A stretch of DNA of 64,000 nucleotides from an uncultured Gammaproteobacteria bacterium (GCA_964650355.1 CAZYTL010000008.1:89-64088); one strand, 5' to 3'; shown: positions 1-8,376, counted from the stretch's first letter. Made by a program: numbers and translations. Notes: generated from the sequence alone by a model not told the origin.

Positions 1-171
1 GGAATTCAAGCCTGAACAAACTGGAAAAGACAATCAAAGAGTAATTTCTTCAAACTTGGCCTTAGATTAAGAGATTCGCTTGGCAACTATCCTGCGTTAA
101 TCGAAGGATTTAACCCAGGCTTTTTGGATTTTTGGATTTGGACTGGAAGGAGGTAACTATTCTCTATTATT

Positions 172-199
172 CTGACTTAATCCGAACTTAAGGTATAAT
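172..199 (+). promoter_or_regulatory. sigma70-like promoter (-35 CTGACT, 16-nt spacer, -10 TATAAT); predicted TSS ~206, the first base of the left inverted repeat
   Basis: ctgact at 172-177 and a perfect tataat at 194-199. The expected TSS, 6-8 nt downstream of the -10, falls on the first base of the 12-bp repeat gagagctgtgac at 206-217. Confidence 0.35.
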
Positions 200-205
200 A
201 ACAGT

Positions 206-356
206 AGAGAGCTGTGACAATCGGTATTTGCTGTTGATTTCACGGCAACTAATTGGATTCTTGACTTTACGCCTAACATAAATAACTTTGTTAGGTATTT
301 AAGTATATAGTTTTTGATTGTTCACTTAGGAAAAGTAGCTTTTAGTCACAGCTCTC
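206..356 (+). ncRNA. putative retron-type msr/msd non-coding RNA flanked by a1/a2 inverted repeats
   Basis: Perfect 12-bp inverted repeat gagagctgtgac (206-217) / gtcacagctctc (345-356). It sits immediately upstream of a retron-type RT, as in retrons. Internal hairpins: ttgctg/cggcaa (~231-251) and a 7-bp stem cctaaca/tgttagg (272-295). An SD aagggg lies after the right repeat, 4 nt before the ATG at 371. Confidence 0.4.
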
Positions 357-370
357 CCTTAAGGGGAATC

Positions 371-1909
371 ATGGATACAATAATACAGAGAAATGATGAA
401 GAACTAGAGAATCTCTTTAGATCCTTAAGCAACAATGATGATATTGCTAACTTGCTTGAGGTAAGCAAAGGAACGTTAATTTACTATGTATACAGACTGA
501 ACAAAAGGCTACAGTACAAAACATATCAAGTTGCTAAACGCAATGGTTCTACCCGGACAATCAGTGCGCCTACGTCCAATATCAAGATATTACAACAGAA
601 ATTTAATTATATTTTTCAGTTAGTATATTCACCGAGAGAATGTGCTTTTGCCTATTCTATGGGTAGGAATGTTATACAAAACGCAAGAGTGCACAAACAG
701 TCACGTGTTCTTCTCAAAATTGACCTTAAAAATTTCTTCGAACAAATACACTTTGGAAGAGTCAGAGGATTCTTTATGTCTGAATACCCCTTTGGTTTTG
801 GAGATAAAGTCGCAACAACACTCGCCAACATTTGCACTTTTGAAGGAAAATTACCCCAGGGAGCACCGACCTCTCCCATCATTTCCAATATGATTTGTTG
901 GGGTTTAGATAGAGATCTCCAGCGTCTGTGTAGAAAACTAAAATGCAAGTACACAAGATATGCTGATGACATAATTATCTCAACAAAGCAGAACGAACTG
1001 CCCCTTGATATCGCAATTAATAATAATGGTGTATGCACAATTGGAGAAAAACTTACTTTCTACTTTGAAAAGCACGATTTTGCGTTAAATTTTGATAAGG
1101 TAAAGATGATCAGATCTAATAAAAGACAGTTAGTAACAGGTTTAGTAACAAACGAAATCGTGAATGTCCCCAGAAAATACATCCATGAATTAAGACTTCA
1201 AATGCGAATATGGGAAAAATACGGTTATAAAGAACTGAGTCAATGTGTCCCAAATCGTACTCATAAAAACCCTAAAAAGCGCATAAAGAACTATAAATGG
1301 ACAATCCAGGGAAGATTGAACTATTTGAAACAAGTGAAAGTTGAGAGTGTTTTAGAAGGGCGGCATTATGATATCTATTTAAAGTTGCAACGTTGGTTTG
1401 ACTATCTAATATTGCGCGACAAATTTAATAGTTTAAAAAGTAGTTCTGCTTATCAAGCTAGAGGCTATGCATTAGAGGATATCTTAAACAAATTATTCGT
1501 CATTAATGGCATTAAAGCAAAAAATCCATTTCGTAGGAGGAAAGGTGCAGATCAAATCGATGGTGCGTTTGTATTAGAAAAAAACAAACACTTTTTAATT
1601 GAGTGTAAATGGATAAAAGATACCGACAAAATTAATAAAGAAATTGATGCTTTTGCCAAAAAACTAGATAGATCCGGAGATGAAATTAGTGGTTTATTCA
1701 TCTCGATAGCAGGGTGGAACGAAAATGCTGTACATAATCTTAAAGAAAGCAAAACTAAAAATATTTTACTGTTAGATGGTAAAGATCTAGAAATAGTACT
1801 AACAAATAGAAAAGTAAGCTTAGATGATTTATTTGCCTGGATGCTAGAAAACTTATCTTTTAAAGCTGAACCTCATATACCAGTTAAAGAATTTTTAAAA
1901 ACCTTTTGA
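371..1909 (+). CDS. retron-type reverse transcriptase fused to a C-terminal Mrr-like PD-(D/E)xK nuclease-fold domain
   Basis: RT motifs read from the translation: Y..AKRNGSTRTISAP, NARVH...LLKIDLKNFFEQI (the NAxxH region), LPQGAPTSPIISN, YTRYADDIIIS (YADD at nt 959-970), and the retron-typical KRQLVTGLVTNE (VTG). The C-terminal ~150 aa carries RGYALEDIL...GADQIDGAFVLEKNKHFLIECKW, a D...(D/E)xK pattern typical of Mrr/restriction-endonuclease-like folds. The longest ORF begins at TTG 314, but that start overlaps the right inverted repeat. ATG 371 has an AAGGGG SD. Confidence 0.8.
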   Translation: MDTIIQRNDEELENLFRSLSNNDDIANLLEVSKGTLIYYVYRLNKRLQYKTYQVAKRNGSTRTISAPTSNIKILQQKFNYIFQLVYSPRECAFAYSMGRNVIQNARVHKQSRVLLKIDLKNFFEQIHFGRVRGFFMSEYPFGFGDKVATTLANICTFEGKLPQGAPTSPIISNMICWGLDRDLQRLCRKLKCKYTRYADDIIISTKQNELPLDIAINNNGVCTIGEKLTFYFEKHDFALNFDKVKMIRSNKRQLVTGLVTNEIVNVPRKYIHELRLQMRIWEKYGYKELSQCVPNRTHKNPKKRIKNYKWTIQGRLNYLKQVKVESVLEGRHYDIYLKLQRWFDYLILRDKFNSLKSSSAYQARGYALEDILNKLFVINGIKAKNPFRRRKGADQIDGAFVLEKNKHFLIECKWIKDTDKINKEIDAFAKKLDRSGDEISGLFISIAGWNENAVHNLKESKTKNILLLDGKDLEIVLTNRKVSLDDLFAWMLENLSFKAEPHIPVKEFLKTF

Positions 1910-2013
1910 AGAATGTTTGATTGTGAAGGAGGATAATTCAAGTGTGAGTGTCAAGATTAGTATGTGAAGGGCAAGATTTTTCACCATTGAGGTTTTTAAG
2001 GTAACCCGACAGT

Positions 2014-2275
2014 ATGAGATTGAATGTAATATTTATTCGTTATGTTTATTTAGGTAAACAGCATGGAAGCTATAAAATCGGTGAATCGAAAAACCCAAGT
2101 CGACGTAGAGAAGATAACACTTTTAGGGCCAGAGCCTTTTAAGTTAATCCATGAGATTAAAACAGATGTTATGAATGGAGTTGAGAAGTACTGGCATGAG
2201 AGGTTTAAATCAAAACACAAAAGAGGTGAATGGTTTAATTTATCTAGCACCGACGTTAAGAGTTTTAAGAGGTAG
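2014..2275 (+). pseudogene. T5orf172 / GIY-YIG-like domain gene interrupted by a +1 frameshift near nt 2104
   Basis: Frame 1 (2014-2142) reads MRLNVIFIRYVYLGKQHGSYKIGESKNPSRR..., which matches the YVY...YKIG(x)T...RR N-terminal motif. Frame 2 (2063-2275) reads ...VEKITLLGPEPFKLIHEIKTDVMNGVEKYWHERFKSKHKRGEWFNLS, which matches the ...E..H..F...R..GEWF C-terminal signature. Skipping one nucleotide at ~2104 joins them into an ~87-aa intact domain. Confidence 0.6.
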
Positions 2276-2347
2276 AAACAACCGTTTGGTAGCTGGGTCT
2301 GCCAATTTAAATAGCTTTTTTATCAGACTGAAGGTATTATTACTAAT

Positions 2348-3154
2348 ATGGGCCGAAGGAGTAGTAAGGCAAAAAAAGTTCTCTTTGTTGGGGCAATGGA
2401 AACAGAACTCCGTCCCTTATTGAAAAGTTTGAAGGCAACAGAAAGCAAGAAACTTATTAACATTTACCCTCTTTATAAAGCACGACACCAAACGGCGGAT
2501 ATATTTGTAGTGGAAACATTTGTAGGAGAAGCTAATGCATCAATCGCGGGTTTTGAAGCGATAAGAGAAGTAAATCCTGATTATGTAATCAAATTTGGAG
2601 CAGTTGGGGGAAGTTATCCTGAAAGCAAAGCCAGGGAGATTATCATTCCACTTGGTTTTTTCCATAGAACAGGATGGATTACTAAAGATCAAAAAACTCA
2701 TATACCAACGGCAGATGCTTCTAAATGGGACTCCATTTACGGTGAAAAAGATTACCAAATTCAAGAAAGTAGACACAATTTAGGCGGCATGTCATATTAT
2801 TTTTCAGTTCCCGAACGTTTACAAAGATTTTGTGAGAATACTCTTCGTAAACATAAGATGAAATACGTTACCGCTTATGTGGGGGGCGGTGATATGTGGA
2901 TGACCAATCAACAGGTGTTAAATAATGTTGCGGCAACGATGCTGCCCGCTTCAGCTACACACAGGCGATTTGTATCTGATATGGAGTCATACTCACTTGC
3001 TCATGCCTGTTACCTGACAAAGAAGCCATTTATCGGATGCTATGTGGTAGCAAGTAACGACTACATTAACGAGCTCTACAACCCGGAACTGGTACCGGCT
3101 CAAATGGAGCGGTTGGTGCCATACGCTCTTGAACTCATAAAGACTTTCGGTTAA
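2348..3154 (+). CDS. PNP_UDP_1 family nucleosidase/phosphorylase (MTA/SAH-nucleosidase-like)
   Basis: Motifs VLFVGAMETEL (the GAMEEE-type N-terminus), GEANASIAGFEAIREVNPDYVIKFGAVGGS, YVGGGDMWMTNQ and SDMESYSLAHAC align with Pfs/MtnN active-site segments. It has a ~60-aa insertion relative to the canonical 230-aa enzyme. Confidence 0.7.
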   Translation: MGRRSSKAKKVLFVGAMETELRPLLKSLKATESKKLINIYPLYKARHQTADIFVVETFVGEANASIAGFEAIREVNPDYVIKFGAVGGSYPESKAREIIIPLGFFHRTGWITKDQKTHIPTADASKWDSIYGEKDYQIQESRHNLGGMSYYFSVPERLQRFCENTLRKHKMKYVTAYVGGGDMWMTNQQVLNNVAATMLPASATHRRFVSDMESYSLAHACYLTKKPFIGCYVVASNDYINELYNPELVPAQMERLVPYALELIKTFG

Positions 3155-3206
3155 TAGCGCTTTTAATGAAGGGCTTAGTGAAAATGGCAAAATCAAGATT
3201 CTCTCT

Positions 3207-3986
3207 TTAAACCTTCACTGCATGGATGACCAGGCCAATGGGGCGATCAATGTATTTAGTAAACCCGGGATTGTATTGCAATAACTCTTTATTTAATTCA
3301 GGTTCGTATAAGGCTTTAACGTTATAGCCGCCTCTCACTACCGCATTAAAGTAATCTTCTATTGTCCACTGTTTTTGGTTGACAGCGAAATTTTTCTCAA
3401 CTTTAACGGCTTGGGCAGGTTTGGTCACACTGACGGTGCCCATGAGATACTTAGAGTCGTTGTGGCTGAAGTAACCCCCTAAGTTGATAAATTTACCGCT
3501 GTCTACACCGGCAGTTTGTTGAGCATAAAAATACAACAAATAAGCGGGGTGAAGCACGGAGAAAATTAATTGACCTTGGGTTTTCAACACTCGATGACTT
3601 TCTTGAAGGGGAATATCAATCACCGCCACCTCATTGAGTACCATATTGGAATAGATCAGATCAACTGTCTTTGATTTAAGTGGCCATTTCTTAGTGATAT
3701 CGTGCTGCAAAAATTTAACTCTGGGATCCGATGTTTTTTCTTTGGCGTGCTCCAAATTAGCCGCTGAGATGTCCATCAGCCAAACAGTGGTGGGGTTTTG
3801 CTTTAAAAAGAGGTTTGCCATATATCCATTGCCACAACCCATTTCCATGACCACTTTTTTCTTTAGTGAGCCGACTTTTTCTAGCATCAGCGGATCCAAA
3901 ACATATCTCTTGTAATCTTCGCCTTCATCACCTACTCGACTGTTCCAAAAATCTGAAAACTCCTGGTCTTGATAGATGGACTTCAT
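3207..3986 (-). CDS. class I SAM-dependent methyltransferase (small-molecule type)
   Basis: Motif I VMEMGCGNGY, an acidic motif II (LMDIS), and a Methyltransf_11/25-like layout. It has no DNA-MTase motifs. The longest ORF extends to 4094, but its first 36 aa are low-quality, so the ATG at 3986 is preferred. Confidence 0.65.
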   Translation of the reverse strand: MKSIYQDQEFSDFWNSRVGDEGEDYKRYVLDPLMLEKVGSLKKKVVMEMGCGNGYMANLFLKQNPTTVWLMDISAANLEHAKEKTSDPRVKFLQHDITKKWPLKSKTVDLIYSNMVLNEVAVIDIPLQESHRVLKTQGQLIFSVLHPAYLLYFYAQQTAGVDSGKFINLGGYFSHNDSKYLMGTVSVTKPAQAVKVEKNFAVNQKQWTIEDYFNAVVRGGYNVKALYEPELNKELLQYNPGFTKYIDRPIGLVIHAVKV

Positions 3987-4079
3987 GATGTAAATATACC
4001 AATAACTATCAAAAGTTTGTATACTTAAACAGGTATTATAGGTATTTCTAATTTGCGAACAAAGCAGTGTAAAACTCTT

Positions 4080-4529
4080 ATGAAAACCAGACATCGGACC
4101 ATCGTTTCCGCTTTAATTATCTCAAAAGACAGGAAAGTTCTATTGGGAAAAGAAGAAGAGGGAGGCGTATATCCGGACTGTTGGCACTTACCCGGCGGGG
4201 GACTGGATGCAGGGGAAACTAAACAGGAGGGGTTACGGAGGGAAATTAAAGAGGAAACGGGTATGGATATCACAGGTTTACCCACGAAGTTATTGTCAGA
4301 CAAGGATACGGGAGAACATGTCAAGACTGATAATAAAACCGGCGAAACTTATCTGGCAAAAATGCAGTTTAATGATTATCAAGTCGAATTGGATAAAAAC
4401 GCTGATGAGGTAAAGATAACTTTAGGTGACGATTTGGTGGAATATCGCTGGGTGTCGATTGGTGACCTGAAAAATTACCACCTGACTCCCCCATCTCAGA
4501 AATTATTTACTTCGCTGGGATGGATTTGA
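4080..4529 (+). CDS. NUDIX hydrolase
   Basis: Nudix box GGGLDAGETKQEGLRREIKEETG (GX5EX7REUXEEXGU). The longest ORF starts at TTG 4053. Confidence 0.75.
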   Translation: MKTRHRTIVSALIISKDRKVLLGKEEEGGVYPDCWHLPGGGLDAGETKQEGLRREIKEETGMDITGLPTKLLSDKDTGEHVKTDNKTGETYLAKMQFNDYQVELDKNADEVKITLGDDLVEYRWVSIGDLKNYHLTPPSQKLFTSLGWI

Positions 4530-4606
4530 AAGTTTCATTCTGCGGCAAAGGGGAAATTGACTTTTGAGGTCGCTTTTGGAGTACTCGGGTTGTACAATTA
4601 GGCCTG

Positions 4607-5107
4607 ATGACCAATGTAACCATCAGAAAACCGAATCTTAAAGATCTGCCGGCTTTAATTGTCTTGTGGCACGGCCAGTACGATTATCATCACGATATTG
4701 ACTCGACTTATTACGTACCCAATTCAAAAGAACTGGATCAAAAATTCAGAAAGTATCTTAAAAAGGCAATTTTAAAAAACGGCCCCTATATTTTGCTGGC
4801 TGAAGTGGATAATGAACCGGTGGGTTTTGTTACCTATGAGAAATCACATGTTGATTATTTTGATACCAAAATCGTGGAGTATGGCGACATTATAGAGCTT
4901 TACGTGCGCCCCGAATACAGAAAACAGGGGATTGGCAAGCAGTTAATGGAAGAGGTGGAGAGGTTTTTTAGAGACAAGGGGATCGAATACCTGAGCCTGG
5001 GGTGCTCTACTTTCAACAAAGACGCGTTGGATTTTTATGAAAATTTCGGGTTTGTTAATAGACAGTCACTGCTTTACAAAAGCCTTCAACATGAGAAAAG
5101 CGACTAA
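4607..5107 (+). CDS. GNAT family N-acetyltransferase
   Basis: Motif A IELYVRPEYRKQGIGKQLM (Q/RxxGxG/A). Confidence 0.75.
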   Translation: MTNVTIRKPNLKDLPALIVLWHGQYDYHHDIDSTYYVPNSKELDQKFRKYLKKAILKNGPYILLAEVDNEPVGFVTYEKSHVDYFDTKIVEYGDIIELYVRPEYRKQGIGKQLMEEVERFFRDKGIEYLSLGCSTFNKDALDFYENFGFVNRQSLLYKSLQHEKSD

Positions 5108-5654
5108 TTTAGAAACTTATTTTGAACCATATATTTCGATTTGCAGGCCTGGTGATTGGGAACATGCCAAAAGGGTAGTTGCTTGGATCAAACAACTTGC
5201 TTCTGATCGGGAAGATTTAGATTTGCTAATCATTGCCGGATATATACATGATATTGGCTGGAGTGGATTAGCTCCCAAGACCAAAAGGCTGACTCGAGAT
5301 GAGTTACTAAAGCTCCAACCTCAAGCTGATAAACAAACGGATAAGCTAGTAAAGAAGGCCTTGGCCAGTTGGGCATTGACCGATGGTGAGCTGAATAAAA
5401 TTTTAAGACTTATTAAGGCCACAGAAACTTATGAAGCAAAACAAGAAGATGAGATGATTTTGGTTGATGCAGACAATTTAAGTAAAACATCACCCGACCA
5501 TATCAAAGAAAAATACGCCAGATCAGATTGGTTAAGTCTTTGTGAGCTTTTCGAAGAAAAATTACCGCAAAGAATTAAGACCACCAAAGGAAAACAACTA
5601 TTCCCTGCCAAACTAAAACAACTAAGAAATCAACTGGAAATGGAGCTAGCTTAA
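5091..5654 (+). CDS. HD-domain phosphohydrolase
   Basis: H...HD motif: AGYIHDIGW and an upstream EHAKRV. The longest ORF (5037) overlaps the GNAT gene, so the internal ATG at 5091 is preferred. Confidence 0.55.
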   Translation: MRKATNLETYFEPYISICRPGDWEHAKRVVAWIKQLASDREDLDLLIIAGYIHDIGWSGLAPKTKRLTRDELLKLQPQADKQTDKLVKKALASWALTDGELNKILRLIKATETYEAKQEDEMILVDADNLSKTSPDHIKEKYARSDWLSLCELFEEKLPQRIKTTKGKQLFPAKLKQLRNQLEMELA

Positions 5655-5752
5655 AGTTCGAATTTAAAAAAGTTTTTCCTATCAAGAATGTTCTTTGAGG
5701 AATCAGAGTAGTAAAATTAGTTCAGGGGTGGAAATTTACCAAACAGAGTAAA

Positions 5753-6535
5753 ATGCAGAGGAAGGTATTCATCACCAACAGGAAAGGGTTAAAATTGGCT
5801 ACGGTGGTTGAGGCTCCGAATGATGATGAGAAGTTGCCATGCGTGATACTGCTTCACGGATTTAAAGGATATAAGGAAGAAGAAACCTACACTGATTTGG
5901 CAGAAAGACTAGTTAAAAAGGGTATCTCCTCTGTTCGGTTTGATGCTTCAGGATTCGGAGAAAGCGAAGGAACTTTAGAAGAGGATTACCGATTTTCAAA
6001 CTATATAAATGATACAGAAGATGCCTATGAGTGGTTAAAACAACAGGCCTTTTGTGATCCAGACAGGATTGGGGTGTGCGGACAGAGTATGGGCGCTGTC
6101 CAAACTATTCTTTTTGCTTCTCAACATCCCGAAATCAAGGCAGCCTGCGCTATTTCTCCTCTGAATAAAGTCGGGACCAAAGATGCCCTGGGGCAAGTCG
6201 TGGGCGCATGGAAACAGAAAGGATATTTGGATGAAGTAAGTTCAAAATACGGCAAGATTAGAATTCCTTATGCCTATTTGGAAGACGTTCAGCAGTATGA
6301 TTTTGTTAAGCTGGTTAAAAACGTCAAATGTCCATTATTAATTGTGGCAGGAAAAAAGGATATCACTGTACTTCCCGAGCAAACTATGGCAGTCTATAAG
6401 GCGGCCCATCAGCCTAAGCAGTTACTGGAATTCGATAACATGGACCACTTTTATAAGAGAAACCCCAAGGTATTAGCGGGGATAGACGAAAAAGTTGTTG
6501 CTTTCTTGATGGAAAATTTACAAAGCACTTTGTAA
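5753..6535 (+). CDS. alpha/beta hydrolase fold protein
   Basis: Nucleophile elbow GQSMGA (GxSxG), a HGF oxyanion region (ILLHGFKG), and a C-terminal D...H. Confidence 0.7.
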   Translation: MQRKVFITNRKGLKLATVVEAPNDDEKLPCVILLHGFKGYKEEETYTDLAERLVKKGISSVRFDASGFGESEGTLEEDYRFSNYINDTEDAYEWLKQQAFCDPDRIGVCGQSMGAVQTILFASQHPEIKAACAISPLNKVGTKDALGQVVGAWKQKGYLDEVSSKYGKIRIPYAYLEDVQQYDFVKLVKNVKCPLLIVAGKKDITVLPEQTMAVYKAAHQPKQLLEFDNMDHFYKRNPKVLAGIDEKVVAFLMENLQSTL

Positions 6536-6537
6536 AA

Positions 6538-7404
6538 ATGGACGCCTTTGAGATAAAAGAAATTCAGGCAAAAAGCATTCTTAGTCCTTCAACACTAAAA
6601 GATGTGGACTATGATTACTCTTGTAATCCTTATGTGGGATGCCGTTTCGGGTGTGTATATTGTTATGCCAGCTTTATGGGAAGGATGGTGGGGAAAAAGA
6701 CCAGCGATTGGGGAAATTTTGTCTATGCAAAAATGAATGCTCCTGACCTGTTAAGAAAAGAAGTCCCGAAACTTAAAAATCATGGTCGGGGGAAGGTAAT
6801 TTGGTTTAGCTCCGTAACTGATCCCTATCAGGGTTTAGAGGCTAAATATCAGCTGACACGTAAATGTTTACAGGTGTTGGTTGAGGACAATTTCCAAGGG
6901 GAGGTGTCTTTTCTCACCAAGTCAGACCTGGTGCTCAGAGATATTGATGTTTTAAAGCAACTTAAAAACGTGGAAGTGGGATTGACTGTCACGTCAACCG
7001 ATGACTCCATCTCCCGATATTTTGAGAAATACGCTCCTCCGGTTTCTGCCAGACTAAAGGCGCTTAAAAAGTTGCATCAGGAAAAAATTAAAACTTATGC
7101 CTTTGTGGGCCCACTTTTACCACACTTTATGGCCAACAAGGATGAACTCGACAAACTTTTTGTTTCAATTCATGAGGCAGGAGTGAGAGAAATATATTTT
7201 GAATTTTTAAATTTATCTACTTATATCCGTAATCGGCTGAAAAATGAGCTTAAGGACCTGGATATAAACATCTGGAATGAGTTTTACGCGACCAAAGATA
7301 ATGATTATCGAGACAGGTTTAGCGACCTCGTTTATGGTCTGGTTAAAAAATTCGGATTTAAACTGCGATTGGAAAAGACTTTATATCATGACGAGATGAA
7401 TTAA
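6538..7404 (+). CDS. radical SAM protein, SplB/DNA-repair-photolyase-like (COG1533)
   Basis: CRFGCVYC = CX3CX2C within CNPYVGCRFGCVYCYA. It is translationally coupled to the upstream gene (TAAaaATG). Confidence 0.6.
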   Translation: MDAFEIKEIQAKSILSPSTLKDVDYDYSCNPYVGCRFGCVYCYASFMGRMVGKKTSDWGNFVYAKMNAPDLLRKEVPKLKNHGRGKVIWFSSVTDPYQGLEAKYQLTRKCLQVLVEDNFQGEVSFLTKSDLVLRDIDVLKQLKNVEVGLTVTSTDDSISRYFEKYAPPVSARLKALKKLHQEKIKTYAFVGPLLPHFMANKDELDKLFVSIHEAGVREIYFEFLNLSTYIRNRLKNELKDLDINIWNEFYATKDNDYRDRFSDLVYGLVKKFGFKLRLEKTLYHDEMN

Positions 7405-7604
7405 CAATTCACATTGGCATACAGCATTGAAGTAAGAGTTTTTATTAATTGGAGGTTATAAACTAGTTCAAATGTCAGACATGCTAAAATATGAGAAAGA
7501 TGCTATCTTAACGTTAAGAAGTTTGACCTGGATATAGTCGTCAGCACAAGTCTCTAGCTCAGAATAACCAATGTTGACTCTAAAATTACAAATAACTTTG
7601 TCAC

Positions 7605-8318
7605 ATGGCTGAAGAATTTAGTGAACTTCCGGTAGAGCAACTAGAGTCGTATCTGTTGTCAAAAGATGTTCTGTGGAAATTGCAATTTGCCATTGGAGAC
7701 GCTGCTAAAGACTTCGGCTTAGGTAAAGAAGGTCATGAAATCGAACTGGCACGAGCGGCGAGTAAATTTCCAAACTTGAATACTGATTTTTTCTTTGAGA
7801 CTAGAGGTAATATGGAAGGCTTTAATTATGATCTTAGAACCCATTCTCACTTGGAAAGACTTCTAGATCCGAAAAGGTCAAAGCCGGAAAATTACTTTGG
7901 TTTGCTGTTTGCCCATTATGGAATTGAAGCCGGTAAGCGCCAATATCCGGCCGTTGCGAGTAAAGAGACACCAAGTACGCCCTTCTTTTGGTCGATAGCT
8001 CCTTATTTAGCTCAGGAATTACACTACTATGGTGTCCCTCCGCGGCAAATTGCTGAAACCGTTTTCGCCTGGGGAAACACCGCTGGTAGTAGAGGCCAGA
8101 AACAGTTGCTCGGTATGGATAAATTTTATGGGCTTGATGCTTTTTATAGCATGGAGCTAATCCTGTCAGAAGATCCTGATAACCTTACCCACAAATTCTC
8201 AAGCGGAGTGGCGCAATTACTTTGTCGAAAACACGACATGTTCAAGGATGCAATCAAGGAAGCAAACCCCATGGCGGTCAGAGATACAAACAGAGAATAC
8301 CAGTTCACAGAGGATTAA
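7605..8318 (+). CDS. hypothetical protein
   Basis: 237-aa ORF with an ATG start and no recognisable motif. Confidence 0.4.
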   Translation: MAEEFSELPVEQLESYLLSKDVLWKLQFAIGDAAKDFGLGKEGHEIELARAASKFPNLNTDFFFETRGNMEGFNYDLRTHSHLERLLDPKRSKPENYFGLLFAHYGIEAGKRQYPAVASKETPSTPFFWSIAPYLAQELHYYGVPPRQIAETVFAWGNTAGSRGQKQLLGMDKFYGLDAFYSMELILSEDPDNLTHKFSSGVAQLLCRKHDMFKDAIKEANPMAVRDTNREYQFTED

Positions 8319-8376
8319 CTCGGATACCTCGTTTGACTTACCCACTAACCAGATAATAGTCCCAAAATTAATCGTA

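Noticed and set aside
642-1038. Small ORFs on both strands inside the RT gene
   Set aside because: They are nested within a well-supported RT reading frame with conserved motifs.
2175-2423. 82-aa ORF bridging the T5orf172 3' end and the PNP gene start
   Set aside because: It shows no motif and overlaps the two better-supported frames.
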